Below, one piece after another: positions 39,388-53,457 of a stretch of 64,000 bases of DNA (position 1 is the stretch's first letter; each line of letters opens with the position of its first letter). The translations under genes and the position numbers were made by a program. A model generated the notes under the pieces. It did no database searches, was not told where the DNA came from, and worked only from the letters and a program-made list of their open reading frames with translations. The stretch is from NCBI GenBank assembly GCA_045837725.1, contig JBEWZL010000292.1, forward strand, positions 1 to 64,000, given 5' to 3'. Source of the DNA: Vermamoeba vermiformis (Eukaryota).

Positions 39388-40986
39388 ATGCAGCGAGGAT
39401 GATTAAATGCATATTCTACAGTGAATTCGACAATATCGTCGGTCCTAAGATCGTACATCAAGTGCCTGAGAAGTAAGCACCGTCTGTTGCTCAGATCCAC
39501 CGCTAATCATTATCGCCAGTTTTATGAGCAATGATCTGTTCGATAAAATATCAGAATATATTATTACTAAGCCCACACTATGCGGTCGCACTGTCGGAGT
39601 GTAAGTACAACGTTGTAATAATAATAAAAAATATTATAATTATTTAATAAGGCTCAATAGCGAGCAATAACAGCGATCAGTCCGTATTCATTGATTGCGA
39701 TATTAATGTGCCTATTAGACGCAGTGGCAAGTACTGGATCATGGGGCGGCCAGTCTGTCTCTCGCACGCCAAGTACACGCGCAATGCACTGCTGTTCAAT
39801 CTCGGCGTGGTGATTGAACTCGATGGCGGAGTGCCACCTGCCACCGCACTGCAACTGTTGTTCCGCCCCAACACTGCGCGCGAGACACGACATACTCTGC
39901 TGCTCGACTCGCTCGAAGAGGTGTTGACCAAATTAGGAAATTATCTGTCCACACTCGAGGTAGAGTTCATGTTGTGACACGTGTCAAACAGAGGTGACTA
40001 ATGCACGACAGATTGAAAAAGAATTCCTGTCACGTGGTCGCGAGAACAAGACCAAATTAGGCTATCAAAGTGCGCAGCCCCCACGTGCGCGTGAACTCAC
40101 CTTCGACCACTTGCCGCACGTGATGCAGCAGCTGATCGGAGATCTCAATGCACGTGCGGAGTGTGCCGTGTCACTCACTGACTCGCACTTGATGCACGTC
40201 AAACTGCTCGCCAAGTGGCTCGATCCCCCCGAAGTGCTCGACTATCACGTGCCAGTGCCTGTCACGGACCTGTCACTCGCGGTCACGCACGAGTGGGATC
40301 TCTCCGTGCAGCGCATTATTCCGCTGGTGGATGGCGTGCACTACGTGAAGAAGATCGCGCTGCTGGCGGACATGGACATTGAACTCGTGAAGCGTGCCGT
40401 GCAGCACTTGGTGTACTACGACTGCTGTCGCTTGGTGCACGATGTCATGCAGAGCAGCAACCGCTACACCGCCACGGCACAGCTCACGCGACTCATGCAC
40501 CACCCCGCACTGCAGCGCCACTGTCTCCGCGCCGTCAGACTGCACCACGCACCGCGCACTGCTGTCCCGCCCCTCGCTGCTGTCACGCGCCTCTACGCGG
40601 CACTGCGACCGCACCAGCCCCTGATTGCCACCCTGCGCGAACTCGAAGGACAGCCCTGGCTCGCCAACTTTGATCTGCGCGGCTTCATCAACTTTGGACT
40701 CGTGCACGGGCTGATTCGTCGCGTGCACAAATATCCGCTGTCGATTGACATCAACTACTGGAACCGATTCAGAAGCGAGAGCGGCGAGCTGTGGGACACG
40801 AGTGACAGTTCAGTGAACAGCGGCGAGCACGTGACACCTGCCGATCTGCGCTTCAATCCGAGCACCGTGCTGCCCCTGGTGCAGCAGATGACTGACGGCA
40901 AGCACTCGTTCGATGAAATTTCGTGTGCCCTGGGATTGCCTTATTCGGTCATCGATCAGTTCTTTGACAAGAGCATCTATCGCTAG
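39388..40986 (+). CDS. NPRL2: GATOR1 subunit NPRL2/Npr2
   Basis: IFYSEFDNIVGPKIVHQVPE, KYTRNALLFNL, WDLSVQRIIPLVDGV, FGLVHGLIRRVHKYP, DGKHSFDEISC. Confidence 0.92.
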
Positions 40987-41045
40987 TGACACGTGTCATG
41001 CAGTCACCCCTGTAAATAAATCACCTTTAAATAGCGCGTGCCAGT

Positions 41046-42231
41046 TTATTGTTCGAGTTTGTGAAATAAAATATCTCCGGCCCAGCTCGTCGATGCGAAT
41101 TCCAGTTCGCGTTCTCCGTGCCAGCACACTGCGCGCACGAATCGCGTGTGTTGTGAGGTGTACCTGGCACGTGATCAGCATTCATGAACGAGTACTCAAC
41201 ACGTGCACTTACTTGAACTGCGGTGACTGCCAGTCAATGACAGCTGCCGTGTGGTCGTCGCTGCCCACTGCGAGCCAGTCACGTGATTTGTGAAATTTCA
41301 CTGTTTTCACTGGTGCATCAAACACGGTCTAAAAATAGAACAGTCAGTTCAGTCAGCGCACCAATCGCGGCACGTACACGCTTGTCCACGGGCTGGTTCA
41401 GCTGTCGCAGGTCATACAGTGCCACCGAGTCGTCTTCCAGTCCTGCACCGCGGTCAGTTGTCTAAATATGGCTACAATGCGTCACGTGACTCACCCAGGG
41501 CAACTAAATGGTCGCGTCGATCAACAGCGTATACCTCAAAAGGAAATACGAGTGTTTGCACAGGTTTGTGCTCCAGTCACGTGCCACAGCTTGAGAGTGC
41601 CACCACGTGCGTGATTGACCAAATCTTGACCGACACTCACGAGCTCATCGTTCAGCACGTGCAGACCGTGCACGCGACCCTGGTGCAGACTCCACTCTGA
41701 CACGCGCTCACCGATCAGTGGCACGTGACTCGTGACGTCACTGTTCGTCAGATCCTCTGCGCCTTTCATGAACGGATTCACGTGCCAGGTGACGGCACGC
41801 CCTGATTGAGTGCCCGCAGTGACGCGGAGCAGTGTCTCGCTTTGACTTTTGTTGACCAGTGCTGTCACTGCGTCACGTGGTGGTGCGGGCAAGAGACAGA
41901 TGTCACTCGATGCTGTCACGTGCTCGTCTTCGAATTCTTCCGACGTCACGTGCTGACCCCACATCGACTCTGCGTGGTGCTCGCCACGACCGAATTGCCT
42001 TTTTAGGAAATAGACACAGCCGTTCATGCCACCGCAGAGCATGCCGATCGATTTAGCGTCGTGTTTGACAGCAGTGACAGCATTGACTCCCGCGGTGAGA
42101 AATCTATTTTTAGCGCAGATCTGTGTTGGGGTGTGGAGGGAGATCTGGCCGGTCCACAACTCACCGCTGAGTGCTGCACTGCCCACCACCCACTCGTCTG
42201 CATCTAGATAATCGACTGCTTGGACTTGCAT
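41046..42231 (-). CDS. WD40 protein, MEP50/WDR77-like (start uncertain)
   Basis: GSAALSGELWTGQI near the N-terminus and HTRFVRAVCW..STSW at the C-terminus resemble MEP50. Confidence 0.6.
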
Positions 42232-42542
42232 TGGTCTGGTACGACGTCAGTGAATAATAATAGTGCGGCAATTAATTTAATTATAATTAATTCGCTGCGA
42301 TAATTATTAAATTAACGGCGTGAATATTGGTAGCATCGATTATATATCGCGATCTGCTTGATCTGACAGCCAAGTACTTACTAATTACGATCAAATTGAA
42401 CGGGTGTTATATTGCAATGAGCCCTATTAATTCAAGCTCTATGATCGTGTCGCTGGTGTTGCTCAGATCGCACGTGAAATAAACAAATTAATTCTCACTG
42501 CCACTCGCAACAACACACCTCATCATTAGTAACTGCAACATT

Positions 42543-43763
42543 ATGAGCAACGGTTGGCACGTAGAGCGATTGAGCGAGCGCGTGTGGAAAGCAGTGGAAT
42601 CAGATCCGTACGGTCAATATCCCTTCGTGTACTTTGTGCTTGGCTGGGACAAGATTGTAGTGATCGACACTGGTACTGGTGTGCATGACACACACGCACT
42701 GATGCTCTCAATCCCTGAGCTCAAGCAAGCAAATCTGCCTTTCTTGGTAGTGCTCACTCACATCCACTTTGATCACGTTGGTGGCGTCAAACATTTCAAG
42801 AATAAGCCTGGTAAAAATATAGCAGCCCTAATATCATTGCACATCAAATCAATTTCAATTTCAATTTTGAAGTTCAAATCTGCACCTGTTACAAAGACTC
42901 ATCTCTCGCACCAGGCAGTCTCGGCGTGTATATGAGTGGTGCTGACAAGACCTTCAGCGGCAACATTGAGATCAACAGCTTAGCGCTCGCACACAATGGC
43001 GCTAAGATTGAGCCCTTCACGGTCGATCGCTGGCTGAGTGATGGTGACGTCATAGCACTCGATCACGTGACTGACCACGTGACTGACCACGTGCTCAATG
43101 TGCTTGCCATCCCTGGTCACACGCCTGACTCGATTGCCCTCTATTTTGCAGCTGACAAGCGCATGTTCATTGGTGACATCTTGTGTAGGTCTCAGAGTGG
43201 TTATTTCCTAATTAGGCAATGACTGATCACGTGCTGTAGATCCCTTCACTGCGATACACTTGGACTGCATTGGCAGCAATGTCAACAGCTACGTGCAGTC
43301 CATTGACAAGTTGATCAGCTTCACGCGTGACAGGTGTCAAACATCGACCTCCACCACCAGCGCTGCACCAATCACCAACACCGCCAACACTGCAAAGATC
43401 GATCAGTTCATCTCGCTCGTAGGTCTCTCTCGTCCCGCGCCGTTCAATGTCGCAGCACTGCTGGCCCTGGTCGATGACTCGGTCGAGAATGCTGTCGCGC
43501 TCTACTTTGACGCCGGTGGTGACGTCACTGGTCTCGTCGGAGCTGCGCCGAGTGACGTGCCAGCCACGAGCAGTGACGTCATGCTGTCGTGCGGTCACGT
43601 GGAGGCTAATTTGAGCGTGCAATCTTTGCACCAATTGAAGACAGCGCTCGAATTAATCCGCGCTGGCGTGGTGCCACCAAGTCACGTGGACGGCGAATAT
43701 GGCGAGTATACCGTGGAGAACTTCACCATCATGCTGCCCATGAAACACGCGCACCAGCACTAA
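42543..43763 (+). CDS. Metallo-beta-lactamase-fold hydrolase with inserted UBA-like segment
   Basis: IDTG, THIHFDHVGG, PGHTPDS, FIGD, CGH; KIDQFISLVG..ALLALVDDSVENAVALYFD is UBA-like. Confidence 0.8.
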
Positions 43764-43853
43764 ATTTGGAAATCTGCAAATATTGTTGTTATTATTTTAA
43801 CTGTACAAAAAAGGGACCCTCGTCCATTATTTCCTAAATAAGGCAATTGTCCA

Positions 43854-46389
<2,536 letters not shown>

Positions 46390-46570
46390 TTTGACACTCT
46401 TAGCGCTGTGTGTGTTGTTGTTGTGGTCAAAAACGAAAATAAAATTTAAAAAATTAGCTCAAAAAAAGGCGGGCAATTGAAATTCCAAGTTAAATCGTCA
46501 CTGAAAGGGCTCAAATTGCAAATAAATGATTTATTAGCTTATTAGCTTAAGCTTCTTTATTCTATTTACA

Positions 46571-48459
46571 TTAAAATACAAGTCCTGATCTTAAATAGTC
46601 AATGAATTTAACAATGTCGTCCTTGTGGATCTGCACTGTCTGTGTATTGAAGCTGTGATAAGTAGCACGTGATCGCGTACGTTTCAAAGCTTTGTCAAAG
46701 TACGATGAAAAATTGCTGTTGCAATGGAAGGTTAGCAAGTCTACACAACGACAGTTGCGATACGTACTTGGGCACATTAGGCTGCGCAGAGTGTTGTCCA
46801 TTGAGTCCCACAATTAAATACCCCTCGTGTTGTCTGTCGTGCTCGTTCAGTGCGCCCACGAGCAGCGGCTTCACTTTCTTGGACTTGCCCATTTCCTGTG
46901 CAGCCACGTCAATACACGCTCAGTTCCATTCACCGTAGTGTACATACGATCAGTGTGTCCAACAAGAAGTGCGCCAGTTTAGAGAGGGCGAGTGGATGCA
47001 CAAAGTACTTGAGCTCGGGACTCTCGCTCAACAAGCAGTACCTGAACGGCCCTGACTGCACAATGTCTTTCTTCTCGATGATGGTGGTCACTTGTCGCAC
47101 GATGGCCTGTTGCAGCTGAATGGCTTGTTGAATGCCTTGCTGCAGCAGCTTGATGTTTTTGCTGTCAAACGGTCAGTACGTGTGACATTTGACACTGACA
47201 CGTGTCATTCACTCACCTCGATAGCGCGTCATAGGCCACCCAAAAATTGCGTTTCAACTGCTCGTGATAATGCGAGGCAGCAGCCGCCAAGTCCGCATCG
47301 TTGTTGACATCTTGATGCACGGGCAGATCCAACAGCGCGGTCACTGCCCACACCGTGTCCGCTGCCGAGACTACCATATCGCAGTGCTGCTTCTTGATGA
47401 AGGACGGATAGGTGAGCTGATCGAGATGAAAGTCCTTGCCGTGCTCAGTGAGCTTGTCGTGCAGCTGATCTTTGAATGTCTTATTCATCGTCAAATAGGA
47501 CATGCGACACTGTTCGAGCGGCACTCCCATCTTGGCCAGCAACATCTCCAAGCGACGGCGACCATTCGACTGCCACACACCGAGTCGCACCGCCACGTAC
47601 TTGCTGTGGTACATGCTGTCGTAGAGGTTCCAGTGACGGTACAAGAAGAACTTGTACTCTTCTGAGACCAAGATCCGGTGTTGATCCGCGAGCTGTTCAG
47701 TAGCCGCTTCATCGTCTTGAATATTGCGATTGAGTACTTCAGTCTTGAAGTGCACCACGTCATTGATGTAGCGCTCTTCGTCAATCTTCTGATGCAAGAA
47801 CTGATCTGTCAGACCCACCAGCGCGTACCACAGCAGTTCATTGTTGGCTTTGTTGAGCTGCGAGGCCAGTGCATATGTTAAGCCCGCGACTGTAGAGCCA
47901 TAGTATGCAGCATTGGTATTCATCAACTCCTCGCTGACGTCTTCGCTCTCTTCGTACACAACACCGTCGTCAAACAACAAGATCTGCTGCTTGTTGGCAA
48001 CATTTTCTGGGTGATAAGGACGATGACTATCGATGACATATAATGTTACTTTAGGCAACTTCTCCAGCTCGAATAGCTCGTCGAGATTGATGCCGCCGCC
48101 ACAATTCAGCATGACGATCGCGCGGAGCTAAACTGAGTTAGTTGCAATCAATTAACGCTTAAACACGTACCATGCTATTGTTTTTAATTAATTCTTGATA
48201 ACCACGTTCTAAATCTTCAAGACCATTAACACAAACAACGTTGTAGGAGATGAAGTCAGATTGAAACAACGACTGAACATATTAGTTAATTTCATATGAT
48301 ACTATTATATATATGGGTGATTATTACCGTTAAAATTTTACAAGCACAGACTGCATCACAATCGTAATCAACAAATACAACAACTGAAGATCCGAATTTT
48401 GCAACATCTTCTTTTACGAGCTGGTAGGCTCTGTTGTATTGTTCAATGGGTACTTTCAT
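46571..48459 (-). CDS. CDC45: Cell division control protein 45
   Basis: DCDAVCACKIL, NCGG, IDSHRP, LYRHWNLYDSM, LLAKMGVPL, NFWVAYDALS. Confidence 0.95.
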
Positions 48460-48627
48460 TATTAGTTGTGTTAATATAGGGAACTCTAACAACACAAAAA
48501 TTTTAAAAATTAACAACGGTCCGAGCGCGGGAACAGTTTGGTCAAACTTTGGTCAACGAGGGAAATTTCGAACCAACATAAAATCTTTTGGTATCTCAGT
48601 GATTGTGAACAGAACGAGGATTCGACC

Positions 48628-50080
48628 ATGGCTGATATTGAGGTAGAAAATAATATTGCGAATGGCAACGGTGAGGACCATGGTGTGTTGCACAAGAAGT
48701 CAATCCCAACGGAAATCTTGAAAAAGGAGTTTATGGACACGCCAGTTGAAAGTGATTCGTCTGAGGATGAAGCCACACCAGAAAGGAAGTTCGACGATGA
48801 TTTAACTCCTGCTGTAAGTGATTAACTATCATTACAAAAAACCGATAATTTAAATTTTAATTGTGCCTTTTATATACAGAGCTTGCCGAAAAAGAGAACG
48901 TTTGATACGTCTTTGGACGACGATGATAATGTTAAATATACTGCCAATGGAAATTCGAGTGATAGAGAGCTCAAAAAATTAAAGCGTGTGATCGAAGAGT
49001 TGGAAGACGAGCTAGCGGATGTAGAGGATGAAAAGAAAGATTTGAGACGAAAATTGACCACAGTGAGTGCCATACTCGCAGTTATAATAACATTGCAATT
49101 TTAACTTTTAAAAATGTTTCACAGACCGAAGAACAACTGTCACGTGCCGAGCTGTCACTCACCGAGCGCGAGGACGAATGCGCGGCACTCAAGCGCGACA
49201 TTGATCGGTGGCGCGCACGTGTCGATGAGGAGAGCAAGCGCCGCACTGCCCTCGAGGGTCAAATGAAGAGCCGCGAAGAGAAGTGGGCTGCAGTGGAGAG
49301 CAACGCATCCGAAGTGACGTATTTGGAAGGCAAGCTCGTGGAGGCACGTGTCGAGATCAAGAAGCTGAGCGATGAACTCGCCAAGGCCCGTGAAGAGCGC
49401 GACAAGATGGCGGAGAGTGTCAAAGAGGCCGGACACAGCAGCACCGAGTCGAGTCGCAAGCTGCAGCGCGAGATTGAGGCCCTGAAGCTGCGCCACGAGA
49501 CTGACCTCACGCTGCTGCGTCAAGAACTCGACGAGCAACACGACCTCGCGCAGAAGAGCATCGATCAGCTGCGCAACAAGTTCAAGGCTCAACTCGCTGC
49601 TGCCACCGCACAGAGCGAGGAGTCACGTGGCGATGAAGCGGAATTTCGTCGCGTGAAGCGCAAATTGGACCGCACCGTTCATGAACTGACGGAGAAATTG
49701 GAGACTGAACGATTGGAGCGCAGCAAAGATCTGCGCAACATTGAGAGCTTGACGCGCTTGAACAAGACCCTGCGCGAGAAGCTGGACAAGGTACGTAGTG
49801 ACTGGCGCATAGTTGAGGGATCGTGTACTGATGGTGGCACTAGCTGACACTCGACAAAGACAATCTCGACGAGGCCAAGTTCTCGTTGGAGAGTGAAGTG
49901 AAAGATCTGCGCACCAAGCTCGAGATTGCAGAGAAGCAGCGCCAACACTTCCAAGAGCAAGCACAAGCACTGCGCTACGAGTCGAGTGATCACGTGTCGT
50001 CGCGTCTCTCATCGAAGAGTGTACGAGCTGAAGAGCCCCACGTTGAGAGTGGTGCAGTTACAACTGTAGATGAGCAGTAA
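48628..50080 (+). CDS. Long coiled-coil (myosin-tail-like) protein
   Basis: Heptad-rich spliced exons (ORFs 48883, 49263, 49886). Confidence 0.65.
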
Positions 50081-50551
50081 TCATTGTTTTATTAGAATTA
50101 TTTAATTAAAGATTAATACCGCATTTTTGCTCGTACTCTTTCGATCCATCTTCTGCTCAGTTGCACTTGCCCTCAATTGGCCACATCTCGTAGCTTGACT
50201 GCAAAATGTTTAGGGCCTGTTGTGAAATCATTTATCCAGTCTGGCTCTGCTGGCCACTTGGAATGTTGCAGGGTCCCAATGTGGTTGCATTTTGGAAGTA
50301 TCCAGAAGTTTTTACCTCATGGAACATGCATTGTCCAGGCTGGACATCTCACCCTGGCCAATTGGCCATCCTCCAATGGCTTTAACATTTTGCATGTATT
50401 AGAATGGAATATTGTGAATGAGATGTTTCTCTAACGAAGTGCTCATATTGATTCTTTCTATTGAACTCTCGCATATCATAATCCGCTGTCATCAAAATCT
50501 TTGTTAAATGCAATTTTATTGAAAAAGTAAAAAGACTCCATTAACATTTCA

Positions 50552-51448
50552 CTAAAAATATTGGTTTGGTAAACTAGTGCCAGAGGTGTGTGCTAGTGCG
50601 CTTATCAGTAGTTGCTCATTTTGTAGCTCATGCAATCGTTCTTCATAGATTTGTCGCTCAATCCTGTCTCTCTCCTGATTTGAACGCAGCTCAATCCTGT
50701 CTCTCTCTTGATTTGAACGCAGCTCGCTTTTGATTAGGTCATAGCGTAGTGCTTGTAACTCCTGTTTGTTGATTCTTAAGCGCAATGCTAGCGGTATATC
50801 TGCAGGGCATTGGTAAAGCTGCGACTCCAGTTGGGGTTCAGTAACTTCATGCCTCGCAGTGCTTGCAGAAGTTGTGATCTGGGTGCAATTGGATGACTTT
50901 GGTTTGGGCTGGAGAAGGGGTGGTTGTGCTTCTTCACAGATTGTCTTTGTTCTCTTGTTGGACTTTAATGTGGTTATGGCCTTCCTAACTCTCTTCTCTT
51001 TTGGGTGTGCCTTGCTGCACTCATCAAAGGGCAAGGGTTTGTTCACTTGTCTCTTTTCTCTAGTATATACTGTTGTTGGGGCTTTGATAACCTTTGGTGG
51101 CACTTTCTGGGCTCCAATCCACTCCCCAAGACACTTTGTAATTGAAGTCTCATCAGCTGGCTCTGCCTGCAATACATTGCACCACTCTAGGGATAAGAGC
51201 TTGGGCTTGGTGTCGTACTGTCCATCAGCAACTGCAAGGACCTTGGTGTGTTGGGTTTTATCCTTTGCCAGTGACAGCACCCTGTACATTCTCCTGCGAA
51301 ATGAGATCAAGTCTCCAATCTGAAGCTTGACTGCACCCCCAGGTGACACCAGTTGAGGATATAGTTCGTAGTGTCCAGCTTGCTGAGGCACACCTACTGC
51401 ACTGCATTCAGAAAGGGTGACTGACTCCTGGTCAAGCTGTGCCAACTC
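50552..51448 (-). CDS. Orphan cargo protein: possible BAH/SH3-like N-terminal domain, low-complexity linker, coiled-coil tail (5' exons unresolved)
   Basis: 297-aa open exon preceded by a GT-AG intron (~51449-51492); YELYPQLVSPGGAVKLQIGDLISFRRRMYRVLSL. Confidence 0.55.
   Translation of the reverse strand, partial: ELAQLDQESVTLSECSAVGVPQQAGHYELYPQLVSPGGAVKLQIGDLISFRRRMYRVLSLAKDKTQHTKVLAVADGQYDTKPKLLSLEWCNVLQAEPADETSITKCLGEWIGAQKVPPKVIKAPTTVYTREKRQVNKPLPFDECSKAHPKEKRVRKAITTLKSNKRTKTICEEAQPPLLQPKPKSSNCTQITTSASTARHEVTEPQLESQLYQCPADIPLALRLRINKQELQALRYDLIKSELRSNQERDRIELRSNQERDRIERQIYEERLHELQNEQLLISALAHTSGTSLPNQYF
50656..50725. repeat. 33-bp tandem duplication encoding ELRSNQERDRI twice
   Basis: gctcaatcctgtctctctc(c/t)tgatttgaacgca x2, one mismatch. 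Confidence 0.95.
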
Positions 51449-51777
51449 CTAAATATGCCGTGAGAATGAAATCAAGCCTAGAAGATATATACCTGGTATT
51501 GCTGTGTCGGTGGGGCCGTCGGATTTGCGTTTAAGTTTGAAGTCTGAAAAATTTTTTTAAGTGTGGTGCAAAAATTTCAATTCGAGTTTGATTATAGGGG
51601 TAGGTATTGGATCTGAAAGCGGAATCGACAAATTTGTTGTCGTAGGAAAGATAAAGGGGCTGCAAATCTGAAAAAGCTAAAAATAGCACACCTAGCAAGC
51701 CGCAAGTGCACGAACAAGAAAATTTGCCAAGTCGAACGGACAGTTAATTTCAATTTTCTCATCTTAAACAACACAAG

Positions 51778-52765
51778 ATGGAGAAATATATTGACGGGCC
51801 AGTTGTGCGCAATGGAATCAATTATTATACGTTAAAATTCAGTCCTCCTCCTGTCTCTCGTTTCGATCCACCCAACACCAAGTAAAAATTTTAAAAAAAA
51901 AAAGATAATGTTTGATATAAAGGAAAAAATTAAAAGCAGCAAACAACAATGCAAACCGACCATTCCCGGTGAAGAATCATTTCATATTGGCTTTTGGCGT
52001 AGATACGCACTAATGATTCTGCTGTCGCGAGACTCTCGTGCTGGTGCTAGTGCGTTTTGTGAGTTGCCTGGCGTGGTGGAGTTTTTCAACGAGATTGACC
52101 GGCTGTTCGAGTTCCTTGACAAGGACCTCTACGAGGAATATTGCAGCGTCACACCCGATGAACAGCGTGTTTGCGGCAAATCGTTCTTGATGACCGTACT
52201 CAACCGTGGCGGATCCGATCCGCACATTGATAGTGAAGATCGCGTTGGTGGTTGTTGTTGCATTGTGCCTATTGGCACAGACTGGACCGGTGGCGAGTTG
52301 GCATTTCGAGACCTCCACGTTGCCGTTGACTGCACTCCAGGCGATGTTGTGTTTTTCAGATCCGCCGAGCTGTACCACGAGAATTTGGACTACTACGGTG
52401 ATCGCCGCTCAATTGTGTTGACCTCCGATCAGAACAGTTTCAGTGCATCGGGTCAAATGCTGGATCCTGACATGATTGAAGAGGCTAGGCGATACAACGA
52501 GCAGCACAACGTCAAAACAAAAGATAAGATCGAATGGTGCTTGCGTCCATTACTCGATTGGTTTAGCACTCCAGAGGAATTGCGTGCGTACATCAGAGAG
52601 CGTGCCAAACAAAGAATTCAGCAGCGCATTGCTTTTAAGCAGAACAAGCACCTCATTGACGCGACCAAAATTGCGTGGGACAGCCGCCAATTTAAAACAA
52701 AGGATCGCTCACCAAGCACCACGAAATTAAATCGTCGTCACCGAAATGCTCCAAAACGAAAATAA
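51778..52765 (+). CDS. TET/JBP-family 2OG-Fe(II) dioxygenase (1 intron)
   Basis: HIGFWRRY; N..PHIDSED (HxD), CCIVPIG.DWTGGEL.F, PGDVVFFRSAELYHEN (distal His), RRSIVL (2OG-binding Arg); basic C-terminal tail. Confidence 0.8.
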
Positions 52766-52790
52766 ACTTACAGTTATTGGGCTTTCATTC

Positions 52791-53423
52791 TCAACTTGGT
52801 TTGTTTTTGTTGTCACATCCGCAATCTGTATTTGGCACGTCAATTGGCACGTGCGTTCTTTTCACAATTAAGCATGAATTTACCTCATTGTCGATTGGTT
52901 TTGCGCTACTTGAAATCTGATTTCCCACAGTTGTTTGTAGATCTAAGTCACTTCGTGTGCTGACGGTACCAACCTGATACATGCGTCACTTTCGAAGTAC
53001 AGCTCATTCTAAATTTAGATTTTTCAACCAAAAATAGAGCTCTCGATTAACAAAGAAAGCTCTGTATTATCGACTACTAACTCACTTGTGTGACGGCATT
53101 AGTTTGATCATTTAATGTAGTGCTTGGGCTTTCATGTTCCGTGGAGAACTGAGTTGGCCCCGACTCCTGTTCGAGGTTACATCTCTTTTTTACATTTGTC
53201 CGAAAAAACTGGATCTCACCGGTTCGTCACTCTCGTTATTGGCATTATGGAGTATGTCTCTTCTTTGTGCTCTGCTAAGTAGTGGCCCTTGCAATTCAGG
53301 TTCATCATCGTCAGTCTGAAACAACCAACCGTGTTTTTAGTCTTATTGTCAGCGACTTTAATTATTAACGAGTATTACTTGAAGTAGAAGCACATCACTA
53401 TCACCAGATTCTTGTATTGACAT
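52791..53423 (-). CDS. Possible small spliced acidic/low-complexity orphan gene (3' end uncertain)
   Basis: ATG at 53423 gives MSIQESGDSDVLLLQ|TDDDEPEL..ESDEP|ESGPTQF.. joined by phase-compatible GT-AG introns. Confidence 0.35.
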
Positions 53424-53457
53424 TGTTCGTGGTTTACTGAATGATTACTCAATCAAA

